DNA of 64,000 bases from Eledone cirrhosa (GCA_964016885.1 OZ024757.1:23994001-24058000); one strand, 5' to 3'. Shown: positions 47,008 to 60,477, numbered from the stretch's first letter. Notes: generated by a model not told the origin, from the sequence alone. Numbers and translations are program-made.

Positions 47008-47040
47008 CTATTGTACAAAGAGAAAGTACGGTGAAAGATG

Positions 47041-47101
<61 letters not shown>

Positions 47102-47469
47102 AACGAGTAGGACCCCGACGGCTGAGCTCAAGCCGTTTTGACGGCTAATTCTGGACTAAAATCAGAATTAGTCCAGAATTAGCCGTCGGAGTCCTATTCG
47201 TTCCTATTACCCACTCTATTACCCTAAGTATTGAGTACTTTGGTGCGTTATGGTCCACCTGGTTCCTTACCACATTTCCTTCGTTATATATATATATATA
47301 GTCAAAAGGGATATTTAATTTGTTGGTAATTCAACAAATATAAATGTTTATAACTGATTCAAAGCACTCAACAGTTTTTCCGGAGTATAATACCAGACTA
47401 TCCAGGAATAACTTGAACCGTTAAGATCCTATTCCTGGTTATGTCAATATTTATAAAACAAACTTTGTA

Positions 47470-47526
47470 TTTTATCTGATGAGAGCGTACCAAAGTTTTG
47501 GTACCCTAGAAATATATATAATAGAA
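47470..47526 (+). ncRNA. Hammerhead ribozyme motif (family C single arm)
   Basis: TTTTAT-CTGATGA-GAGCGTACCAAA/TTTGGTACCCTA-GAAA-T[ATAT]A-TA^-ATAGAA. Confidence 0.75.
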
Positions 47527-47565
47527 TAAATAGGGTTTTATAAATATAGTTTCCATTTAATATCA

Positions 47566-47596
<31 letters not shown>

Positions 47597-47714
47597 ACCA
47601 AAATTAAATTAAGGATGTCATATCTGAGAAACATGCGCCATAACCTTATAACTGATCTTGTAATAAATATTTGCTCTACGGGATATGTACAGCCGACCTT
47701 GTTATTCTTCACTC

Positions 47715-47765
<51 letters not shown>

Positions 47766-48015
47766 CCTTATCGAGCCCTCTTCGGATTTTAGTCTTCACA
47801 TTTATTATTATCGACAGTCGATCGACTTTCGTCAAATTGGACCGAGGAAACAATGTTTCCATTGGTCTTTCTAATTGCTAATACTCTCTATCGGTCGCAA
47901 CTCTAGGAAGGAGTAACGTGAAATAAAGTGTCTTGCCCAAGGGCACAACGTATCGCCCGGTCAGGGATCGAACTCACAACCTCATGATTGCGAATCCAAT
48001 TCTTTATCCACTCAG

Positions 48016-48081
<66 letters not shown>

Positions 48082-48476
48082 ATAATCACAACAGCAGCCA
48101 TGATCATAGCAATAACAACAGTAACCTCTTTAATCAATCGACAATATCCCAGGCCTCTCTCGCTTACCAGGTGGGATGGAATTCGTCAAATTGGACCTAG
48201 GAAACAATGTTTCCATTGGTCTTTCCATTGCTGATACTATCTACCGGTCGCGACTCTTGGCAGAAAGAGCAACGTGGAATAAAGTGTCTTGCAAAAGGAC
48301 ATAATGCATCGTCCGGTCCAACTCGCAACCTCACAATTGCGAATTCAATTCTCTAACCACTAAGATCCGCGCCTTCACAACAGTAACAGCACTAGCAACA
48401 ACAACAGGGAAAACATTAACAATGGCAGCGGCTATTTTTACAGCTACGACAAAGAAATAGAGCAAAGTATACTAAC

Positions 48477-48572
48477 ACTTTCACAGACGTCTCTCAAGAA
48501 GTTAAGTTCATCTTCCAGTGTCTGAGCACGGGTAGATTCAGATAGACGTTGAGCAGTTTCTTCTTGTAAGTC
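48477..48572 (-). CDS. IF gene exon 3
   Basis: tttcag|GAC...AGT|gttagt; DLQEETAQRLSESTRAQTLEDELNFLRDVCES; 96 nt. Confidence 0.92.
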
Positions 48573-48737
48573 CTGAAAATAAATACAAAAACCTTCAGTT
48601 AAAAATTTTATTTTAAGCGGTAGTCGAAGAAAATAGTCAGTATCACCCAGAGGTTTCCCCCCCACTCTTGACGTGCTTTAGAGAGCGGGACTTGGTGACG
48701 TACAGAATTTTCATTTTAGAATATTAGATATTATTAT

Positions 48738-48921
48738 AGGGCGGTGAATTGGCAGTATCGGTGGAGGGTCGGACATGCTTTCCAGCGGAGTTACGTCCCT
48801 TTACGATCTGAGTTCAAATCCCGCCGAGGTTAACTTTGCCTTTCTAACCTTACGGGGTCGATAAAATAAAGTACCAGTAATGTACTGGGTAATTGCTGGC
48901 CTTGTACCAAAAGTAGAAACA
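48738..48921 (+). mobile_element. tRNA-derived SINE family 1 (representative; about 20 full or partial copies, e.g. 2421, 3017-, 21632-, 33098, 33818, 50826, 56978, 57325-, 58753, 59165, 59691-)
   Basis: A box tggcagtatcgg, B box gagttcaaatcc, body gcctttcatccttacggggtcgataaaataaagtaccag, ends ..agaaacaatta. Confidence 0.9.
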
Positions 48922-49972
48922 ATTATATACAAAAACTACATATGACAGCTGCAGTTTGATAAAGTCTGTCTCCCTCATACCAGTAATTAGTGCGGGTTGA
49001 TGGTTGGTTTATGGGTCAGGAAATATGGTTGATGTGTGAGATCTAGTATATGACATCAATCAATAGCAATAGAATAAAAAGTAAATATATGTGTAAATTG
49101 TGTTAAACACAATTATAATGAAAACCATTAATCTGGATGCCTAAATATGGAATGTTACGCACGCAATGTAACCCCCCCCCCCACCCACCCACACACAGCC
49201 CCGGCGGACAGGATGGAGAAGGCGTTCCCACGGAGGACGGCAAGGGAGACGCGCTGGAAAAGCCACTCCAACTCGCGGAGTTCACACCTGCTGCTGGCCA
49301 GCTCAGCGCCTATGGTGGCGAGTAGGGATCTAGTATAGGTGTTTAGTTTATAGTTTGCCCATAAGATACTGTTTATCTAATAATCCAACATATAAAAGGA
49401 AAAATAAATACTATTTAATCAGTCACACACACTTGTACACCAGGTCCGAACACAGAGGGACCCAACTCCCACTGTCATCGCCTCCATCTCTCTCTACCCT
49501 CCCCATCTCTCATTATTATGAGCAAATGGGGTCCCACACGCTGGCCGCTCCGCGGCCCCGGCGGATAGAATAGAGAAGGCGCTTCCCCGGAGGATGGTGA
49601 AGGAGATGCGTTGGAAGAGCCATTCCAGCCCGCGAGGCTCACTCCTACCGCTAGCCATCTCTGCGCCGATGGTGGTGGGTAGGGAGGTGGACCAAGGACA
49701 CCATATTAAGTGCCACATACTCTACGGTATCACCTGGATTTTGCCCCGCGTTAGAGGTGCTTTTAGGTGGGACATGGTAAGGTTGTGTGCTATCACCTGG
49801 ATTTTGCCCCGCGTTAGAGGTGCTTTTAGGTGGGACATGGTAAGGTTGTGTGCTCTTCCAATGGCACGACTGAGTATATTCACCTCACAATTCCAGTTAT
49901 TACGGTATTCAACGTGTCAAACACTCACGGTCTGCGTTGGGTTTGTGTGTTTGACGGTCCTACTTGCTTGTT

Positions 49973-50062
<90 letters not shown>

Positions 50063-50065
<3 letters not shown>

Positions 50066-50464
50066 AGATCAAAAGATGGTTAAAGGAGTTCCATGTATTT
50101 TATTATGCGCATTTCAAAAACAAACATCATCATGCAATAATATTTGTGTTTTCATCAGATAAAACAGGAGAACATGATATGAAGGCTAAAAAACACTTGT
50201 GGATAGGGCAGTTTTAAATCAACATAACTGCACTATCCACAAGTGTTTTTTAGCCTTCATATCATGTTCTCCTGTTTTATCTGATGAAAACACAAATATT
50301 ATTGCATGATGATGTTTGTTTTCGAAATGCGCATAATAAAATACATGGAACTCCTTTAACCATCTTTTGATCTTATATTATGTATACTCCAGTCCTACAA
50401 ACTGTAGAGTGCTTCTTATCCGATATCTGCATTGCTTTATTGTACTACAATAAAACTCACCTCC

Positions 50465-50468
<4 letters not shown>
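50063..50468. mobile_element. HHR palindromic element family A, second copy (opposite orientation)
   Basis: Same sequence as 16266-16689; HHR on - at 50098-50164 and on + at 50275-50341; tail 50380-50468; (TA)n on both sides. Confidence 0.85.
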
Positions 50469-50522
<54 letters not shown>

Positions 50523-51094
50523 ATAGTACTAATAATGTTTTTGAAATTAGTGTGTATATATATAATTTTAGGAATAACCAAAGAGTGCTTAGAAATACAT
50601 TGTTTTATTTGCTAACAGTCTTTCATCCATACCCTAGGGCAGGAATCATCAGAGCCTATTAAGGGGTACAATCCATATATGGGCAGATAGTCGAAGCAAA
50701 AAACATGTCTTGTTTTTCTTTTTGTTTTTTCTCCGGGAGTGGTCAGAGATCTAGGGGTGATTTACCTGAGATCAAATGGCTGGTATACTTCTGCTAAATG
50801 GCATGTATTATATTTATTACACTTGTGGTGGATTGGCAGTATCGGTAGAGGGTCGGACGCCATGCTTTGCAGCATAGAGTTACGGCCCTTGCCATTCTGA
50901 GTTGAAATCCCGCCGAGGTTAACTTTGCCTTTCATCCTACGGGGTCGATAAAGTAAAGTACCAGTAATGCACTGAGGTAATTACTGGCCTTGTGCCAAAA
51001 GTAGAAACAATTATATTTATTACACTTGAAAGGTACAGTCCACTTTACGGACTTCCAAAGCTTTTCGCTTTGCCAGGTTCATCCACGAGGTTTA

Positions 51095-51466
51095 GGTCGA
51101 CGCCATGCTGTGGTAAGATCCACGTGCCCAAGGTCGACGCCATGTTATGGTAAGATCCACGTGCCCAAGATCGACGCCATGCTATGGTAAGATCCACGTG
51201 CCCAACGTCGATGCCATGCTGTGGCAAGATCCACGTGCCCAAGGTCAACCTCATGCTATGGTAAGATCCACGTTCCCAAGTTCCACCTCATGCTCTGGTA
51301 AGATCCACATGTCCAAGGTCGACGCCATGCTGTGGTAAGATCCACGTGCCCAAGGTCGATGCTATCCTCTGGTAAGATCCACATGTCCAAGGTCGACGCC
51401 ATGCTGTGGTAAGACCCACGTGCCCAAGGTCGATGCCATACTATGGTAAAATCTACGTACCCAAGA
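51095..51466. repeat. 37-bp minisatellite, ~10 copies
   Basis: (ccaaggtcgacgccatgctgtggtaagatccacgtgc)n. Confidence 0.95.
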
Positions 51467-52450
51467 TGCCACGCAGTGGTGTTGGACCGGGCATCTAATG
51501 ATTAACCATTCGGCCTTATCAGAGTTCTCAAACTTAAGGACATAAAAAGGGCCATTACGGCCTGGAGGAGAGACACAGTCGGCCAAACCTAAGATGAGGG
51601 GATGGTGCCTGATTTCTACCATGTATAGTGGTTTCTTATATAGGCACAAGGCCAGAAATTTTGGGAGAGCGGAATGTCGATTAAATCTACCCCAGTGTGT
51701 GACTGGTACTTTATTTATCGACCCCGTAAGCATGAAAGGCAAAGTTAAATGCTGATCAGCAATGAAGCTGATCGATTACTATCTATTTAATACTGCTGCT
51801 ACTACTACTGTTGTCACTGCTGCTGCTGCAAGGGTATGGAAGGGGCAAGGGAGACATTTTCAAGAGTTAGTAAAATATTAGTCAGGAAAATTTTTCTGTC
51901 GCGGGCCATAGCAAAGTAGTAAGCGGGCCGCATGTTTGAGACATGGATTATCTTGTATCCACGATTTGGTGCTCAACAGGTTTAGAAAATATGCACGTGT
52001 GTTGTCTACTAATCGATAAAGACTAATTATGTCCACCATATGGCTCTAGGTGATCGAAATCAGACAAAAGAAAGTGGAACATTACTTGTAATCGAAATCT
52101 AAAGGGTAGTCAAGTAGGTAGGAAATAGATTTTTATTATATGTATGTATGTGTGTGTGTGTGTCTGTGTAAATGTGTATATATATATATATACAGACATA
52201 GATATACAAATATATATATGTACATACATATATATATACATATATATATGTATACATCGCCCTTAAATGGCTCAAGGCCAACACTTTTGTCGATTAAATA
52301 GACCAAAAGTCGATTAAATAGACCCAAGTGTGTTACTGCTACTTTATTTTGTCAACCTCGGACAGGATTTGAAATCATAATTCATGGCATCGGACGCTCT
52401 ACCGATTACTGCCAATCCCCTGCCCTCGGCCAAGCCAGAGAGAGACATTA

Positions 52451-53209
52451 TTGTTTCTACTAATGGCACAAGGCCAGCAATTATTTCCAGTGTATTACTG
52501 GTACTTTATTTTATCGACCCCGTAAGGATGAAAGGCAAAGTTGAACTCGGTCCGTAAAGGGACGTAACTCTATGCTGCAAAGCATGGCGTCCGACCCTCT
52601 ACCGATACTGCCAATCCACCACCCTAATAATTGTTTCTACTTTTGGCACAAGGCCAGCAATTATCCCAGTGTATTACTGGTACTTTATTTTATCGACCCC
52701 GTAAGGATGAAAGGCAAAGTCAACCTCGGCGGGATTTGAACTCGGTCCGTAAAGGGACGTAACTCTATGCTGCAAAGCATGGTGTCCGACCCTCTACCGA
52801 TACTGCCAATCCACCGCCCTAATAATTGTTTCTACTTTTGGCACAAGGCCAGCAATTATCCCAGTGTATTACTGGTACTTTATTTTATCGACCCCGTAAG
52901 GATGAAAGGCAAAGTTAACCTCGGCGGGATTTGAACTCGGTCCGTAAAGGGACGTAACTCTATGCTGCAAAGCATGGTGTCCGACCCTCTACCGATACTG
53001 CCAATCCACCGCCCTAATAATTGTTTCTACTTTTGGCACAAGGCCAGCAATTATCCCAGTGTATTACTGGTACTTTATTTTATCGACCCCGTAAGGATGA
53101 AAGGCAAAGTTAACCTCGGCGGGATTTGAACTCTGTCCGTAAAGGGACGTAACTCTATGCTGCAAAGCATGGCGTCCGACCCTCTACCGATACTGCCAAT
53201 CTACCGCCC
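52451..53209 (-). repeat. Tandem array of four SINE-1 copies (195-bp period)
   Basis: ttgtttctac recurs at 52451, 52631, 52826, 53021. Confidence 0.92.
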
Positions 53210-53234
53210 ATGCCAATCCATGAAATTGACTTAC

Positions 53235-53421
53235 CATTCTGAGAGTCTGTAGCTGGGAGTCAAGGTGACCATGTCTAGTTTTCCAGTCTGCCAGTTGCTT
53301 TTCAAGTTCCTGGACTTTCCTTCTCAACATTTCACAGTCAGTCACACGCCTGGAGATGTCATCATTCACCGACTCTATTGTGTTCTGTTGTTGCTCGTTT
53401 ACATCACTCAGGTGACGGACT
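53235..53421 (-). CDS. IF gene exon 2 (coil 1B with lamin-type 42-aa extension)
   Basis: ttgcag|A GTC CGT...ATG|gtaagt; VRHLSDVNEQ...LQTLRM; 187 nt, heptad pattern. Confidence 0.9.
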
Positions 53422-53565
53422 CTGCAATGGTGTGACAAGACAATCTATTATTGGTCGATGGACAACTGGTAAATATTTACATCAATATACATATATTTAG
53501 TTGTATGTAGATATATAACTGTCTATACACATGTGCATACATCAATTTCTCTCTCCTCTCTCTCA

Positions 53566-53615
<50 letters not shown>

Positions 53616-53629
53616 TGTATATATATATA

Positions 53630-53666
<37 letters not shown>

Positions 53667-53670
<4 letters not shown>

Positions 53671-54036
53671 AAAGTTAAACAAGATTCAATGACTACATCA
53701 AAGAATGAGTTTTACAATAGATTGGAAGCACTCAACAGAAATGGTTTTCAAGAGTTATTAATATTAATTTAAAATATTAACAAAATACATATTCTTGTGA
53801 TCAAGTATATTTTATTATACATATTTCAGAGGTACTGAGTTAACTTCAACAGTACGTCCTCATCAGATAAAATAAGATGATGCATGACATCATCTACTAT
53901 GTCAGGGTATGTCATGCATCATCTTATTTTATCTGATGAGGACGTACTGTTGAAGTTAACTCAGTACCTCTGAAATATGTATAATAAAATATACTTGATC
54001 ACAAGAATATCTATTTTGTTATTATTTTGAATTAAT
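53667..54036. mobile_element. HHR palindromic element family B, second copy; tail-only fragment also at ~1155-1250
   Basis: HHR on - at 53810-53872 and on + at 53927-53989; tail is the reverse complement of 32730-32823. Confidence 0.85.
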
Positions 54037-54059
54037 ATATATATATATATATATATACT

Positions 54060-55820
54060 GTATGAACTGTACAAAAGCGTTTTAAACCCCTCCCCAACGA
54101 GGCACATGCAAATAATAAAGCCAGTACTACACGGGGAAATTGCGACCATCAGCCACATAGATATAATGGAAGAAGATATAATACTAACCACAGAAGAAAT
54201 GAGAGCAAATTGAGCTGCTGGACCTGATGGATTCCCAGCAATTAAAACATGCAAGCGTACCTAAGCAAGATCACTGAAGATACTCTTCAAAAGTTCTCTG
54301 GCTAGCAGTAAACTACCCACAGAGCTAAAAGAAAGCATAATATGCCCTACCCATAAAGGAGGAAGCAGAGCAGGGGCTAAAAACTACAGGCCGATCTCCC
54401 TGACCTCACATATCAGTAAGGAGATGGAACGAATAATCAGAAAGGAACTGATCACGTTCCTCGGGGAAAATGACTTAACTAAAATCCAGCATAGCTTTCG
54501 CCCAGGGAGAAGCTGCCTTACACAGCTGTTACAACACTACGATTGGGAACTGAAACAGCTGCTGGACAGCTCAAATGAGGACGAGATATATCTTGACTTT
54601 GCTAATGCCTCCGACAAGGTCAGCCATGGAATTATGTCACAAACTACACATATTCGCCTTAACTGGAAAAGTAGATGAGTAACTGCATGGCTTCTTTAAA
54701 GATAGAAGCCAAACTGTTGCAGCCAATGGGGCCCTCTCAAAGGAAACATCAGCAACAAGTGGGGTACCCCAGGGCACAGTCTTTGGACCACTATTGTTTT
54801 TGGTGGTTCTCTCAGACATGCCCTCTGTAATACATACAATACCCCTCGCTAGCTATGCTAATGGCACAAAGGTAGTATAGGCAATCAAGATCCCGGCTGA
54901 TGCTACTCTTTTACAACAAGATCTGGATGCCATATAGAAATGGGCTGAGAACAACAACATGAAATCTAATGATGGATAATTTTAAGCCTTACGATGTCAA
55001 CCTGCTAAAACAAGGACCGTAAAAAAATGCTACACCGAACCAGGAGGGACTGAAATCCTCGTGTCTAAATCGATACGAGACTTGGATATAGACATAAGCG
55101 ACGATGCATCGTTTCATTCACACATCATGAAAATGGCAACAATGTGCAGACGACTCGCTGGTTGGATCTTGAGGATTTTAAAGACAAGAGACCGAGAAAC
55201 CATGTTAGTACTATGGAGGACATTTGCCCTATGCCGACTGGACTATTGCTCCCAACTGTGGTCACCATATAGTGTCAAACTAACCACAGAGCTTGAAGCA
55301 GTCTAACGAAGCTAGACCAAGAGGATTGCTACGATGAAGGAGATGAGCTACTGGGAGAGGCTAAAAGAACTAAAACTCTACTGCTTGGAGTGAAAGCACA
55401 GTGATATATATGGAAGATACTCGAAGGACAAGCACCAAACTTTGGCATTAAGAGCTGGACCAACTCTCGAACAGGACGTCACTATGTGGTGCGAAAGCTC
55501 CCGTCTTTCACGTCTAGAATAAGGAGCAGATATTGCAATAGCCTGGGGTTCAAAGGCCTCCAACTCTTTAATAAGCTGACAAGAAAATTGAGAGATCTGC
55601 ATGGTGTGGACGTGGATATTTTCAAGAAACACCTTGACACTTTGCTATCGAGGATCCCAGATGAACACATAGCATGGAATGAAGGTAACCTAAGGGCAGC
55701 AGCAACGAACTCCCTCCTACATCAATGGCCAACCATCACAGGCTGGATATAGAACGTGTAGCAACAAAGGTAGTGCCCCAGCGTGGCCTCAGCCGGACGG
55801 CTGGAACAGGTAAAAGAGGA
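54060..55820 (+). mobile_element. Degenerate LINE RT of the same group
   Basis: GPDG..NYRPISLTS..QHSFRPGRSCLTQLL..YLDF..GVPQGTVFGP..LDYCSQLWSP with many stops and frameshifts. Confidence 0.88.
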
Positions 55821-56023
55821 TATATATATATATATAAACCTTTCAAGGATTTACACAAATCCAGCCGCCTGTCAATTCATTATAATATTTAACTCCGTAA
55901 TAGCACCACCAACTACAAAAACAAAGACGGTTGAACTGCTTTACGTTGAGTACACTCTATATTATTACATCGAGATCGACCATACAGAATTGACCAGCTC
56001 TATCCACTGGTGAACCTCAAACC

Positions 56024-56078
<55 letters not shown>

Positions 56079-56128
56079 TATATCAATGATATTAATAAAT
56101 GGAAACTATATTTATAAAACCATATTTA

Positions 56129-56185
56129 TTCTATTATATATATTTCAAGGGTACCAAAACTTTGGTACGCTCTCATCAGATAAAA
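56129..56185 (-). ncRNA. Hammerhead ribozyme motif (family C single arm)
   Basis: TTTTAT-CTGATGA-GAGCGTACCAAA/TTTGGTACCCTT-GAAA-T[ATAT]A-TA^-ATAGAA. Confidence 0.75.
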
Positions 56186-56377
56186 ATACAAAGTTTGTTT
56201 TATAAATATTGACATATCCAGGAACGAGACCTTCACAGTTCAGGTTTTACCTTGAAATAGATATTATACTCCAGAAAACTTGTCGAGTGCTTCGAAACAG
56301 TTATAAATATATATATTTGTTGAATTACCAACAAATTAAATATCCCTTTGCTTATATATATATATATATATATATAA

Positions 56378-56408
<31 letters not shown>

Positions 56409-56681
56409 AATATATTTTGTAATATTTTTACATAGATCTATATGATATACAGACCAACACACATATGCATCCCAGAAACGATCGTAAAATGATGAATTTT
56501 TTAATATAAGGAACTTGTTCTTTGTTTTTATTAATTTATCTTGACTCTGTTTTCCTCTGATTTTTATCGAAAATTTTTGAATGAATCATCTCTTTTCATG
56601 ATATTTGGATTACAATGAGTTCTTCATACGGATTGGACACTACCGTATATATTGGTAGATTTATCTACACACACACACACG

Positions 56682-56791
<110 letters not shown>

Positions 56792-57529
56792 TAGATAGGT
56801 GGTATCCATTACTTTTCTAATTATTCTGGCAGGGCCAAGTAGGCATTCTTCTTGTACAGGTTCTATAACAAGATCAAATCCCATTTGTTGCAATTTTTTT
56901 TGTAACATTGACTCAGGTCACCTATAATTACTGGTACCAATATTATCTTAGAACTGTTCAAGTGTCATTATCATTTCTGGATTGGCAGTATCGGTAGAGG
57001 GTCGGACGCCATGCTTTCTAGCACAGTTACGTCCCTTTACGGACTGAGTTCAAATCCCGCCGAGGTTAACTTTGCCTTTCATCCTTACGGGGTCGATAAA
57101 ATAAAGTACCAGTAATACACTGGTATAATTGCTGGCCTTGTGCCAAAAAGTAGAAACAATTATCATTTCTGACACCCGTGTGTTTACTTCATAGGCTGAA
57201 TGTCATAATTTCGTTTCAAATCTGGCTTTCTGCTCTCTGGCTATTTAGACTTTATTTGTGAGCCTCCCTTTCCATCATATATTCCTTCTTTTATGACCTC
57301 CTTTAACAAATTGTCCCCTAAATAATTGTTTCTACTTTTGGCACAAGGCCATCAATTACCCAGTCCATTACTGGTACTTTATTTTATCGACCCCGTAAGG
57401 ATGAAAGGCAAAGTTAACCTCGGAGGGATTTGAACTCAGAATGGCAAGGGCTGTAACTCTATGCATCAAAGCATGGTACCCGACCATCTACCGATACTGC
57501 CCCCCCCCCCCCCCCCCCACTAAATAATA

Positions 57530-57905
57530 GCTCAAGCTCTCTTTCTCCACTGAAACTATCTCCTTGCTACTGATCAGTCCTTTTCCCCTTTCTGCTCTTT
57601 TCCCATAGAGTCGGTCAACGTCAGCCCGAGGGTGTGAGCCTCGATATATATTCAACAGCTTTTTGTTTTTCTATATTTTTCAGTTCATCGACCGTCCAGT
57701 CGATGATTCCAGCACCATATCTTATTACAGATCCAGCTCTGGAGTTCATTGCTGTAATGGTGTTTCCAGCATTAAGCTGCGATCCCAGGATTCCCTTGAC
57801 TCTCTTGAAATACTCCTGTGTACTTTTACTTTTAATCTCTTCGTTAAGTACACTCTGGAGTATTCCGAAGTTTTTGTAACCTTTTCCGTCTTCCAAAGAG
57901 CTGCA
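57530..57905 (-). mobile_element. R4/Dong-like RT fragment
   Basis: YKNFGILQ..EYFKRVKGILGSQLNAGNTITAMNSRAGSVIRYGAGIIDWTVDELKNI. Confidence 0.75.
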
Positions 57906-58746
57906 ATCCTGGGTCAAGTGGAGACCGAGAAAGGGCGCTTGGAAACTGGAATGCCTTCAAGTGCTCACTGCCCTTTCCCAATCGTGCATTGCGATCGGTG
58001 GAAACTCCACATTGGCGTTCTATAGATGATTAGTGGAGGGCAAGAACGACGACGTCCTTGGGGAAACTCTAGGTGTCGACGAAAGCCAACAAGCTTCGGG
58101 AGAACTTTCGGTCCAGGGCTAATGGATAACCCCCAGAAGAATATCAGCCGAGCCTGTCCGAGATGTGACTCGGGGCGACGAGACCATCCTGCACGCACTC
58201 GTCCAGTGTCCTGACATTGCTGGCTTGTGGATTTATATCGAACATTTGTCGCGTGTCCATCACGAGTCCAACATGAAGATGTCCCACCGCCTTCCTTTAA
58301 CCAGAAAGGGCAGGTAGTTTTTATCTGCCTGGTGGTCATGATGAAAGAGGTCGCATGGTGGACACGTCTGAAAGGGTTGAAGACGGGCACTTTCTTCTTC
58401 GGAAGGGGGAGTGTTGCCTTCCAGCCAGTTTGTTGAAAGGTGGGTGAGAACGGCAAGAATGGCCTGTGTGAATGGGCCTGCTCTGAGCATGTGCCTGCAG
58501 TATTGTAGGAGGATAACTGGGAAAATGCACTTACCCTAATGGTCAGGGTGACCGTGGCTTTTGTGGGCTTTCCCCACGAGTAACCCTCTGTGGTCTCCCC
58601 TTAATTGGGATCATTGTTTGTTTCCATTTTTTTGTTATATCCCTTGATTTTGTTTCATTTTTTTACACGCAGAAACCCTTATTTGTACCGTCTTGTGCTG
58701 TCCTTAATGTATCTTTGTAAACTCTTTGTGGTTAATAAAAAAAAAT
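57906..58746 (+). mobile_element. Tx1/L1-like LINE 3' fragment; related minus-strand fragment at 28717-29155
   Basis: CPRC..DETILHALVQCP zinc knuckle across a frameshift; GQVVFICLV..KEVAWWTRLKGL shared with 29155-28940; ends gtggttaataaa+A. Confidence 0.65.
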
Positions 58747-58938
58747 GATTATGCGGTGGATTGGCAGTATCGGTAGAGAGTCGGACGCCATGCTTTGAAG
58801 CATATAGTTACCTCCCTTTATGATCTGAGTTCAAATCTCGCCGAGGTTAACTTTGCCTTTCATCCTTACAGGGTCGATAAAATAAAGTACCAGTAATGCA
58901 CTGGGATAATTGCTGGTCTTGTGCCAAAAGTAGAAACA

Positions 58939-58973
<35 letters not shown>

Positions 58974-59946
58974 CATCATCATAATATGATCTGAGTTCAA
59001 ATCCCGTCAAGGTTAACTTTGCCTTTCACCCTTGAAGGGTCCATAAAATAAAGTACCAGTCTCGCACTGGGGTCGAATCAATCGACATTCCCCATCTCCA
59101 AAATTGCTGGCCTTGTGTCTATATAAGAAACCATTATTATTAATTGGCAGTAGCGGTAGATTGGAAATATCGGTAGAGGGTCGGACGCCATGCTTTGACG
59201 CATAGTTGCGGCCCTTGCCATTCTGAGTTCAAATCCCGCTGAGGTTAACTTTGCCTTTCATCCTTACAGGGGTCGATAAAATAAAGTACCAGTAATGTAC
59301 TGGGGTCGATTTAATCGACTTTCCCTTCCCTCCCCCCATTACTGGCCTTGTACCTATACTAGAAATCATTGTTTCTTTTTCTTAATTATTTGTCTTTATT
59401 CCTTATTAACATTGACAAGTCGGATTTGGACACGATCTGGTAGTTTCATTTCAAATACACAGATTGTGTTTGTTTAAACTACTGCTGCCAGCCCACCTGA
59501 GAGATGTTCAAGGTTATCTATAGGGAGACGTTTTATCTCGTTTTTCAAAACACAAAGAATTGTTTTATTTTTACTTTAAAAAGAAGTAAATGAAAACAGA
59601 CGAAAAGAAATTAATTCTTTCAAAACAAAACGGAACGAAACTATGGACACAGAAGCAAGGAAATAAATTGTGAAATGCAAAAAGAAATAATTGTTTCTAC
59701 TCTTGGCACAAGGCCAGCAATTATGCCAGTGCATTGCTGGTACTTTATTTTATCGACCCCGTAAGGATGAAAGGCAAAGTTAACATCGGTGGGATTTGAA
59801 CACAGAAGGGCAAGGGCCGTAACTCTACGCGTCAAAGCATGGCGTCCGACTCTCTACCGATACTGTCAATTCACCGAGAAATAATGAAGCTACAAACACG
59901 CACACACACACATACATACACGCATACCTGCACCAACACATGCACG

Positions 59947-59983
<37 letters not shown>

Positions 59984-60086
59984 GTCTATATACATACACA
60001 CTCACTCACAAGCACTCACAGACACACACTTACAAGCACTCACAGACACATACACACACTCACGCAAACACTCAACCACACACACA

Positions 60087-60117
<31 letters not shown>

Positions 60118-60224
60118 TAACTGAAACACAAACTGAGACACCATTCTTGTCACGCTTTGCTCTTTATTCTAGGTTTCATCAAAACAATCACCTTTTGGCC
60201 AAATAACATCAAAGATACCGCCTC

Positions 60225-60296
60225 ATACAGGTGACATACAGGTGACATATAGGTGACATACAGGTGACATACAGGTGACATACAGGTGACATACAG
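60225..60296. repeat. 11-bp tandem repeat (atacaggtgac)n
   Basis: About 6.5 copies. Confidence 0.9.
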
Positions 60297-60427
60297 TTAA
60301 TCATTTGTGAGACGGTCTAGACTATATATAATTTGCTGCATACTGACTGATAGACATATATATATAAATGTATACAAATATATATATGTATGTATATATA
60401 GGTATCTATGTATGTATATATATACAC

Positions 60428-60477
<50 letters not shown>

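Noticed and set aside
48738-48830. tRNA genes
   Set aside because: A/B boxes belong to SINE heads; no cloverleaf, and they continue into the SINE body
49729-49855. 62-bp direct duplication
   Set aside because: Simple local tandem duplication with no further structure
23371-53421. Nuclear lamin call
   Set aside because: LTD and long coil 1b are present, but there is no basic NLS after the rod and no C-terminal CaaX; fits a cytoplasmic IF
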